From the NCBI RefSeq assembly GCF_009914755.1, contig NC_060926.1: a stretch of 64,000 bases of DNA. The stretch is one strand, 5' to 3'. A model generated the notes under the pieces. The model made no database searches and was not told the origin of the DNA. It was given only the letters and a program-made list of their open reading frames with translations. The stretch is from the human T2T-CHM13v2.0 reference genome, Homo sapiens. How positions within the stretch are numbered: the stretch's first letter is position 1; every line of letters starts with the position of its first letter. The position numbers were made by a program, and so were the translations under genes. Shown piece by piece: positions 52,600-64,000 of this stretch.

Positions 52600-53010
52600 A
52601 ATCCAGGGGTTACCGGCTATAGAAATTCTCTTAACTTGGTTCAGTGAATCTGAGGAGCTGGGAAAGGTGAGCCAGGGAGAAAAGGGAGAAAAGTCACTGC
52701 AAAGTGTGCTGACATCCTACTCTGGGCAATTGAAGGTGAATCCTGCTAGGACTCTCAGATTCTTTGTGGTATACATCAGAAGTGCCCTACCAGAGAATGG
52801 GAGGCGAGACACTTAACTATTGATTCCTAGCCCCTATCAGTTGAGGACTGGCCCTGGGGTTGTCAACTCCACACTATTTCCTGGTGCCTCCAGGCTGAGC
52901 AGGCTCTCTGAGTGCTTGAGAAAGTCTTCCAGCAGAGGAGGAAGCAGCAGGAGCTTGAAGTCAGAAACTGTGAGCAGGCTGGAAATGGTCTATCCCGGTT
53001 GCTGATGAGC
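52600..53010 (-). mobile_element. LTR16-like ERVL LTR fragment
   Basis: cccctatcagttgaggactggccctggggttgtcaactcc resembles reverse LTR16. Confidence 0.45.
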
Positions 53011-53269
53011 TCATTTCAGCCTATGGGGTTGTTGTTCACTTATTATAACAGTTGCACGTGCTTGCCACAGAAAATTTGGTAAACAAAATTCCATAATCAC
53101 ATTTTAGAGATAACCACGGTTATCACTCTGGTGTGTTTCCTACCAAAACTTCTTTTTCCACTGTGTGTGTGTGTGTTCTATACATGCATATTGGCAGGGT
53201 TATATTGTTTGAAATTTTACTTTGTAAAAAATAGAATCATGAAAATGGAGGAATTTAACTGTTAAACAG

Positions 53270-53478
53270 TCACCACAAAGTCTTCAGCTGATTCTAACAG
53301 GGAGGGAGTGTGAGCTTGGGAGAGACGCCTCTATTCATCTCAGGGCAACAGCTGGACAGTGACTCAGTTGAGAGCTGTGAGCTGTCCATAATCCCAGCAA
53401 CTCAGGAAATGGATGTCTCAGTCCTAAAGAGGGGAGGAGTGGGCAGGGCACACAGCACCCGCTACAGTCCACCCCTTT
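53270..53478 (-). mobile_element. LTR33-like ERVL LTR 5' part with adjacent internal/PPT remnant
   Basis: Reverse complement reads aaggggtggac|TGTAGCGGGTGCTGTG..GGACTGAGAC..GCTCACAGCT. Confidence 0.6.
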
Positions 53479-54532
53479 GAGCTGATAGGATTGAATTTTT
53501 GTATAATAAATTCTGGGAACACCTCTTTAAAAAACGAAATTTTACTGTGTTTTTCTTGTTGTTTCTCCACTATTCAAAGTGGCCTGATCCTTAGTCTTTA
53601 CTTGTCTCAGGCAGTTTTGAAGAACTCACAGTAGGCAGTACTTGAGGTCAGTGCATCTTCCTGTCTTTTGTAAAGACCTAAGAAAGTTGCTGAAATTATT
53701 CCAGATTCTCTGGAAGGAAAAGGGAAATCAAGAATCTCTGATAGTAGTAAGAGAGAAAAACATATAACCCAAGAGTGGAGGGCTGCTAGAGGTGTGAGAT
53801 TCTGAGATGTGTCAGGAACCCTTTCAGTCTATGGCTGTGCCCTAGGGAGATGACCAGAGCTTGGAAGGGCAACTTCTTGGTGCTCCAGAAAGACTGGACC
53901 TGAGGCACACTGGCTGTCAGCCTAGTCAGTGCTTCCACATAACCTCATAGGAGGCACAAAAGAAGCAGACCTGTCCTTCCAAAAGTCTGGAGCTTGCTGG
54001 GGCAGCAGCATCTTAGAATGGGGGTGACTAATGCAGATCAATGATGACTGATGTTGTAAGAAGGTTCCCTGGTGCTTGGCTTTGCATAATGTGCTAGGGC
54101 TTTTCCTATGGAGGGGGACCCCCAGAAATGACAGATGTGATTTTATATTTCTGTGGATGTGTCCTAAAATTTCATTTTACTTGATTAGAAATAAATAAAG
54201 TGAGGATTTAAATTCTAGATTTCTGTTTCCTAGGGGATTACTTTCTCGTAGCCTCCTCGGATCCTGGTGCCTAAGTCCAACCTATTAGCACTGGGATGTG
54301 GGTCACATCAGTACAGATATGCAACTCTTTCATTGTTTTCCATAAAAAATAAAACCCACTCTAAATATTTGGTCAACTTGGGGTCATGGGGAGAGACCAT
54401 GTTACTCTGCAGTCTTATACCATTTTGCTATTTCTTCTCCTTCTACATCTCCCCTTTCCTTTTGTATCAAGAATGGGCTCCTATGTCTTCACTGGCTCTT
54501 TAGGCTAGTATTGTTCTCAATGGTCTGTTTTC

Positions 54533-54921
<389 letters not shown>

Positions 54922-55174
54922 TAAATTTTTTAGTATATTCTCTGTTCTTGATCATCCTTCTAAGAAGCAGCAAAACAAATTTCTCTCCTTTTCATTTTAT
55001 AACAAGTAGGTAATGATCTTTTGGAGCTTGATAATACCCTTGAAGATCTCATGCTCTCCCACAACTTCCTTAAGGAAATAGTTCTAGATATGTATAGTTC
55101 CCTTTCTAAAAGGCATTCTGTAGAATAAAGTTATATATGATATATAAAACACCCTCTTCAAAAGTTTTCAAGTT

Positions 55175-55620
55175 ACGTGATTGAGATAATTATGGCAGAA
55201 ATACCAAATCCCATTTCATTTTTCTCTTCTTGGGTTTTTGGAAGACAACATCCTCTAGCGTTCCTTGCAGTTAGGTTGTGGCCATGTGACTGGTCTGCAA
55301 TGAGCCATGAGCAGAAATGAAAAAGTGTCATTTTTAGGCTGAAGGATTTGAAAACCAGTGTGCAGCTCTCCAGCATTCTCTGTGTACCACAGCAACTGCA
55401 GAAGCTGTGTGTTAAGATATTTGTGTTCCAAAATGGAAGCAACCTGGACCACAGAGCATTTTCTCTAGAGAGTTCCCTGACTGAATTTAACTTTGTGGTC
55501 CTATTGGCAGAGAAATAAACCGCTGTTATTTTAGGGCACTAAGGGTTGGGTGTTATAGGAAGTTATCAAGTAACTTCTGCATAGCCAAATTGATGGTTAA
55601 GCTTTATCCTGATTAATATG
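55175..55620 (+). mobile_element. MLT1 (I/J-like) LTR
   Basis: ttccttgcagttaggttgtggccatgtgactgg..agaaataaacc. Confidence 0.65.
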
Positions 55621-55629
55621 ACCAACTCT

Positions 55630-55825
55630 CAGATCAGACTTACTGGGTTCCATTGCATGCCCTACCTCTTTCTAGCTGATCTTAGAAAAATTACTAAATC
55701 TTCTTAAGGCTCAGTTTCCTCGTCCTTACAATAGTACCTTACTCACAGAGTGATGAGGAGACAGGAAATATGAGGTGCTTAAAATAATATCTAGTACAAG
55801 ATAAGTGTTCAAAAAGCATTAGCTT
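55630..55825 (+). mobile_element. MIR
   Basis: ctgggttcc..ctcagtttcctcgtc..gtgcttaaaataatatctagtac. Confidence 0.7.
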
Positions 55826-58699
55826 TTTGATGATAATTATGATGCATTATGATGACTAAATTCTAAAACAAAGCTATTGGTGTAAGCATATAAATACTCC
55901 TAAACAATTTCAATGTCCATATTTTTGTTTGTATTTAGAACTAATTATTCTTCTAAAGCAATAGCATTAGGAAAGTTATTGTTCAGTCAATATGTTTATT
56001 TTACTGAGGGGCAGTCATCAGATGTATGAGCATTAGTTTCTCACATTTGTTATCACATAATTGCATATAGTACTGTTTTATAAATATTTTAATCTTTTGC
56101 AATCATGGTTACATCTCTTTCATTCCTAAACCAGGTTATTTTTACCCTTTTTTCTCTCATAGTGTGATTTGTCTTGTCATCAACTCATCTTTCTATAAGT
56201 AGATGGCCGTCATGCCTTCTTCTTGTCAGTACATGTGGCAGTGACTTCCAGACATCCCTGATTCTGCTCACCTACTTTTGCTTATGCTGTTGTAAAGGTG
56301 GTGGGGAGGGTAGACGAGAGGTTGAGGGAGGAAAGGGACAAGATCCTTTCATGGCTTAATGCCTAGGTGGCTGGAAGTTTGGGTGTGACCTCACCAATGC
56401 GAAGGAACCCTGAGCTAGTTTTGTGCCTGCAGCGTGTGGGTGTGCAGTATGGAGAGTGAGATTTCAGGGTCAGCACAGAGCAGCATTTGTCACGTGCATT
56501 TGTGGTGCTGGCAGGACATTAAGATGGAGACATCCTGTGGCTTTTTAGAAATACAGAAGTTGAATTTTAGAAACAGTTTGCGCCTGTCTTTGGTAATTAC
56601 TTTAGAAGAGAAGTTACAAGCAGAGGGATTGAGGCACAACAAAAAAGACTCCTTCACTTAAGGTATGGAGGAAGGAAAGGGAAGCAGTTAAGAGTATAGA
56701 GAGGAGGACCGTGGAAAGAAGATATTGCTCTACAAGTCAAAAAGTAACAGTTGCATAGAGAGTAGCTGGCACATAATAGACACTAAGTAATTATTAAATG
56801 AATGAATGGAAGGGCATTGGACTATGCTAAATAGTACAGGCCATTCAAGGAGAATGCAGACTCATTCCTGACTCTATTTCACATCTTTTTTGTATTATTT
56901 GTTAATCTTATTTCTTGTTTTGTTTAGTATCCACTCCTCCACCTCAGTTTTATTTTACCTTGCTGGCTAAACTCATTTTGGAACAAAATAAAATATTGAG
57001 AAACAAAAGTATTTTTTTCAAGGTGACTATAAATTAGCATGATTTTAAAAACTAAGGAGTGAGTATATTTTCTGTTCTCATTGCACCAGGAGATTTCTGC
57101 CCCAAAGAACTTTATTATTAGGCTCTGAGTAAGCACATTGCCATAAGGACTTTACCCCTGATGCTTCTAGATGGCATCATCATTATAACAATAGATTTTC
57201 AGCTGTAAAATATTTCCGTGTAATTTCTATCCCAATGAATAGTAAAATATAGGCACGTAAGGGCCTATATGTAATGCCATGTTAAGAAAAGATTAGATAA
57301 CAAATGATAATAGTGGTGACTTGTAAGTATGCATATATGTATACATATTAAATATACATGCAGTTATAAATCTTTATATAGAACATTTCTGAGGGAACCA
57401 AGGAGATGTGACTACTTGTTAATTCCTTGACAATTTTCCTTCCTAGATATTGAAGAAGTTGGAATTTTGGTTTTTGGTTTTGGCACTGTCGATCCCAATC
57501 TTTCCTTACTCTCCACTCTACAAGCTGTCTCTCCTGATTTTCCTTCAACTGAACATCGAGGACCTTGCCTTCAACCAAGCCTGCAGGGCTTAGCCATGTC
57601 CACGTGCTGCTGCACACAGGTGGTGGCTCTCTCCTGGGCTGCCAGCCTTTAGCCATCTATCTCCAGCTAGGGGTGCCGTGCATTTTGCAGCCGGGAGCCA
57701 ATTACTCTTTCTGAAGCCTGTCTGTTCTTTTGGCAGCCAGACACAGAAGTGGAGTGAATTGGTAGTGAGCATGGGAACAGAGAAGGAGAAGAGTGGGACT
57801 ATCTGTGGAGAGGATCTATTTGGTGACAGTTTCAGCCACACCCATGAACTGCTAAGCAAGAAGCCATTCCATTGGCTTGACTCTTAATGTTTATCTCTGA
57901 TATAAACAGCAGAAAGATGAGCTAGAGAGATAAAACTAAACAGTGCATTTTCCTTGGACAGCAAGTACTCCGTATTATACCATTTTGTGTTTCCACAGTG
58001 CTGTTGACAGCTATTGGCTTAAATTAATGTTTCTACCTCAAAATATGGGTCACGTGCTAAAGCAAACAGATAGGACTGAGTAGGTAAATGAGGTAAGGTG
58101 AAATTAAAAGTATTTTGCAAGTCCTCAAGATATGCATATTCACATTTCATTTCCCCCTCATTTAGGGGAAGAAAAACTGATATTGTATAGGAAAAGTGCC
58201 TAAAATGAAAGAAACTTGAATTATTGCATGTCACATCGTTCAAATTTCACAAACTTGGATTCCTGAGGTCTTGTTTATTTGGGACCTTCCTGTGTTTGAG
58301 ATTTCATTTATAGCACACACTTGCGGTATGACTCTCATTTCAGCTCCAGTTACCACTAGACTTGTGTAAATGTGTGTGCGTGTGTGTGTATGTATATGTA
58401 TATGCAATTATATAAATTATATAAATAAATCTCCAAATGCAAGTAAATATTGTGTAACTTAAGGATCTAACCCGGAGTTCTCAGAGTTCTTAAGGAACAG
58501 GGCTCTGAATGTGATAACTGAGTAGTCCCTGTTACTATTTAATTTATGACAATTCCTAGTGTTGGTAATCATTTACATATTTATTTCATGTTTCTGTATT
58601 TCAATAGCTGCCTAGCTTTCACACAGTACTATTGGAACTAATAAACCTATTCCATTACCTTGTTGGATGTGCTGTTTCACTTTTAATCTATTGTGGCTT

Positions 58700-59075
58700 G
58701 TTGCAGTGGCCTAATTAAAAGCATGTAGCAGCCATGTTACTTAATTTCACAAATGACTCACTTAATACCCTTCACAGGAAGTGTGTCTTCTGTAGAACAT
58801 TTCAACTGAATGTTTTTTTCTGACTTCTTCTCAGTGGACCTGTTGTTGAGTGACATCTCATCAGACACTTTGTGTTGGGTTTACATTTTTTTTAAGCTTT
58901 AAGAATAATTTTACTTACATTAAATTATTTTATTAAAAGAAAAGTCTTTTCATTCTAAATTTATTATTGATAAATGCAGCCTTATTTATTAAACTAAAAG
59001 AGGAAGAGGAAGATGAGCTGGAATCTCTGTGTGGTGCCTTGGATGGTTTTGGGATTCCAAGGAATTTGAGTCAGT
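58700..59075. promoter_or_regulatory. Candidate enhancer (AP-1 + ETS + STAT-type motifs)
   Basis: TGACTCA at 58754, ACAGGAAGTG at 58774, TTCCAAGGAA at 59055 and TGAGTCA at 59067 in repeat-poor DNA; motif evidence only. Confidence 0.35.
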
Positions 59076-59814
59076 TATCAACACCTTTTAGTTATATCTT
59101 CCAGGGTTTCTTCTGGGTTTTCTTTCTTCCATTACACTTTAAATTATTCTGTACCACATTAACCTCTGAATCCCGGTACAGTGGAGTTGATTGTGTATGA
59201 CTATCTGAGATAATACAAATTGTTAATATTATAGAAAGACTATATTTTGCATTAGAATGCAATTTTGTGATTAAATTTGAATTTCCATGTCTGTAGTCCT
59301 GGTCACTCTCAGTATTTCCTCCCAAATAATGATGTCACCAACACAGGAGAATGATAGGAAACAGCCTGGTACACCTATCTTACTATTTCTCCTCAATACT
59401 TCTGTTCTTTCTTATTTGTGCTAGGAGTAGGTTGTACTCTTCTCAGAAATGCAGCTAAAACCAGTCGAAGTTCTAACTGATCTATCCTTGTCTTCTTTCT
59501 GTCCAAATCCCCATCCCAATGCAACTTTTTTTTTTTTTTTTTTTTTTACTGGAATGGGGGAGAATATTAAATATTGTTTCTTAAATATTTTGACAGATGG
59601 GCTGAAAGTTTTATAGAAAATGTAACAATCAGCTTCCTGATTTAAGAAAACCATCTTAAACAAAAAGGATACTTGGTGGCAGGATATTAGGAGAAAGTCC
59701 CTGAGTAGGTAGGAGATGCAAGCTAGATCCAAGGTAGCAAAGGGTTGGGAAACTAAGGGAGTCTTCAGAGGGAGAAGCCAGGTGCCCACCCAGGGCCATG
59801 CTGCAGAGCTGCTA

Positions 59815-59985
59815 TTTTCTAAAATTTTTATTTGCATAAATATAAGGAACACAAATGCAATTTTGGTACATGGATATATTACATAGTGGTGAAGTCTGGG
59901 CTTTTAGTGTACTCATCACACGAATCATTAATGCTGTACCCTCATTACCCTAAAGTAATTCCTCGTCCCTCATCCCCCTCCCAAC
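59815..59985 (-). mobile_element. L1PB/L1MA 3' end fragment
   Basis: tacatggatatattacatagtggtgaagtctgggcttttagtgta. Confidence 0.7.
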
Positions 59986-61224
59986 ACTTCTGTTTAATTT
60001 GACCTCTGAGTTTCCTTCTGCCTTTGTTTCACTTGCTAAAGATTTTGTGTCCAGGAACAAGCACCTGATTAACTCATAGATCCTATGAATTTCCACAGGA
60101 AGGACCCTGCCGGGGGAGGGTGCGTATGGAGCGGGAAAGAGTATTAGAAATTAACCTCCCATAAACCTGTGCTAACTGGCCTCTCTGTCTAAGAAATAGC
60201 CAGTGCTGATTGGAAGAGACATAGGTAGGATGTTAAGACAGCCACAAATAAGTAAATAAACAAACATCTGAAAAATAATTGCTGTATCAAATAAAAATAT
60301 AGAATTATCTTCAGGAGCAAAGTCTAGTAAATAGTATTTGAGGAAAAAATCTAAACTCTGCATTCAGAGGGCTTTGTAGACCGAAGCCAAGTAAAGAGTT
60401 TGCTCATTCGAGGCTGACCCAAATGCAGGACTGAGTCCAAACTGTAATCAAGGGAGGGGGAGAGGAACGTCATCCACCTGTACATACAGGATGTCACCCC
60501 TTGGAACCACCCACCCCACGGCTCTTTAGATTGGATCAAGAGGCAACGGAGCCCCTTGCTCCATTTTGAAGCCCCAGGCCTCCAGATCCAGCTGCAGCTG
60601 CTGTGAGATCTGAGCTCCCACCAACCCAGCTGGCTTGCTCCATATCACTATTTATCCCTGACATCCTCCAAAAGATGATCCCCTCTGGACTCTGTGCTTT
60701 CCAACAAACAGAACCAGATTAAAGGGCGTGCTAGACTTCTTATAAATGTTGAGAATGTGGGGCTATAGTAAACACAGATTTCCTTATAGGGAATGTAAAT
60801 TTACCCCACTTCAGCTAGTGCCCCCAGATTACAACCTCCAGTAAAAGTAAAATGTGTATCATCTCTACCAATTTCATCTCTGTGCCTACACATTGCATCC
60901 ATCAGCCTTATGATCAGCCAGCTGGCACCTTGCATCCCACTTGGCTAGAAAAACTGAACAATACATGGCATTGTTCCATTTACTAAAAATGAGTGATTTA
61001 TTATTTAAAATTCAAGTATTTTAACATGCTTTCCAAGAAATTGTCTGGTTTAGAAAATCATAAAAACTGAAGAAGGAAGTGGAGGAGGAGAAAAATGGGG
61101 AACTTCTCTGACATGGAAAACTTTTCTGACATGAAAAGAAGGCAAAAAAATGTTGTTGAGCAACTCTTTCTGATGATGACTCAGAAAACGGGAGAGGGGC
61201 TCTTGATCTTCCGTCTTTTCCTGA

Positions 61225-61625
<401 letters not shown>

Positions 61626-62034
61626 TGGTTCTCTGTTTTCATACCATTTCCACTGAGAATGGGGATCTTTTCTAGGTCTGGGAACCCTGGTGCTGAAAAC
61701 CTGCCTCCCTGGGGCATACAAGCCATTGCTTTGTCCATGTTCACAGTGGAGTGAAAAGTTCCTTGCTGACTTAGGGACTCATAGACCTTTCATTCCACCT
61801 CCCATGCTCTGAAAACCTCCTGCTAATATGGAGGAAATCCCTTTTTCTTCATGTTTTTCTTCCTGCACTCCTTCTCTTTAAATCTCCCAAGTCACATAGC
61901 AAATCTCCACAGTGGATTTAGGCTTTTGGAACAAAATCAGGACGGATTGGGTTTGTGCAGCTAACTGCTTCCTGCCGGTTCCTCCCAAGGTAGGAAGCAC
62001 TGAGCCTTCATGGGGTATCAGACAGCCTATAACC

Positions 62035-62184
62035 TGTGTTAGGTGGAATAACAGCCCCTTAAGATGTCCATGTCATAATTCCCGGAAGCTGTGACCTACA
62101 GAACTATAAAATGAAACAATGTATTTTTATAAGTCACTAAGGCTGTGGTTACCTGTTTTGGCAATAATAGAAAAACAATATACA
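62035..62184 (+). mobile_element. MLT1D-like LTR, internally deleted
   Basis: Both ends present (tgtgttaggtggaataacagcccc..gatgtccatgtc and taagtcactaag..gaaaaacaatataca) within only 150 bp. Confidence 0.65.
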
Positions 62185-62595
62185 ATCCATATATTTTCTT
62201 CCTGGGTTCAAAGCCATCTGAGGAATGGAGACACAGGAGGCAGAACGATGAAGATAAAAAATATTAGCATCACGACTGAGGGAGGTGATTTGAGAAAGTG
62301 GCTTTTTATTTCTGCTCTCTGTGGACTTCCAGATACTTTCCTCCTGAATCAGAAAGTCTCATGCACCCAGCCACTGCTAGAGCTCTGCTAACTCATTCTC
62401 CATGAATCTTCCCCAGGGAGCGTTCCACTTGGCTGGGAGCAGATAATGTGTGCATCCCGAGAGCAGACAGAACCAAGAGCAGGCAAACTTAGAAGACACT
62501 CAGCTAAGCACTTGCTGACTTCTTACAGGTTCACCGATCAGGTAGGTCACTGTCTTAGAAAGGGAGAGTGATGGAGCTGGGGATGCTGGACATAC

Positions 62596-63613
<1,018 letters not shown>

Positions 63614-64000
63614 GTGTTATTCCAGGAGAATTTCCTCCATAAGGAGAAATGAGGTCAGGGCAGTAGAGAGTCCTTCTCTAATATCAGCTACTTGCCTAAA
63701 CTGGTGAAGAGAAGGAGAGAATAGAGGAAGGGTATTACTGAGAAAGTTCTACTTTTTACAGATTGAGACTTTATAAATTTGTGGTCATCATCTCCATCTG
63801 AGGGATCAAGTCTTTCACTCAGTTCGTTCTCCTATTGCAAACTGTCTCACTGCCCTCAAACTTCCAAGCCAAATATCTCCACCTTCCATTAAACTCGTGG
63901 ATCAGAGGAACAGCCTCAATTTTATGCTACAAAGTTCACAAATCTCCCTGCATTTTAATCCTGTTTACCACCTCCTGTCCTGCTGCAATGAAGGAGGTAT

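Noticed and set aside
58967-59200. ORF with acidic run KEEEEDELES as a possible host exon
   Set aside because: No good splice acceptor, non-ATG start, and no recognisable protein similarity.
61099-61136. 18-bp imperfect tandem duplication (similar ones near 10537 and 37086)
   Set aside because: Ordinary slippage-scale duplications with no evident function.

Overview
AT-rich, CpG-poor primate (hominoid, human-like) intronic or intergenic DNA made mostly of transposable elements. I see no convincing host protein-coding exon, RNA gene or CRISPR array; the long ORFs in the track are LINE-1 ORF1/ORF2/ORF0 pieces. Main features: (1) a near-full-length L1PA3-like element at 2.1-7.7 kb with a 3.5-kb twin-priming inversion, a short 3' transduction and the 129-bp ZNF93-type 5'UTR segment; (2) a full-length L1PA2-like element at 27.6-33.6 kb (minus strand) with an open ORF1, an endonuclease-only ORF2 frame and a frameshift-extended ORF0; (3) an L1PA4/5-like element at 43.3-46.95 kb with a short inversion, a ~1.3-kb deletion and templated-duplication scars; (4) a complete THE1 MaLR provirus; (5) Alus, MER20s, Tigger3b, MER44, solo LTRs, MIR/L2 and old L1M fragments, often nested. 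The most unusual signal is that the three L1s, of different subfamily ages, share many scattered, mostly transversion, non-consensus substitutions, including the same ORF2 nonsense codon in two of them. This points to patchy inter-element gene conversion or, more likely, an assembly or polishing artefact. I found no evidence for a new biological system beyond this. Subfamily names and consensus comparisons come from my recall of consensus sequences, not from a database search.
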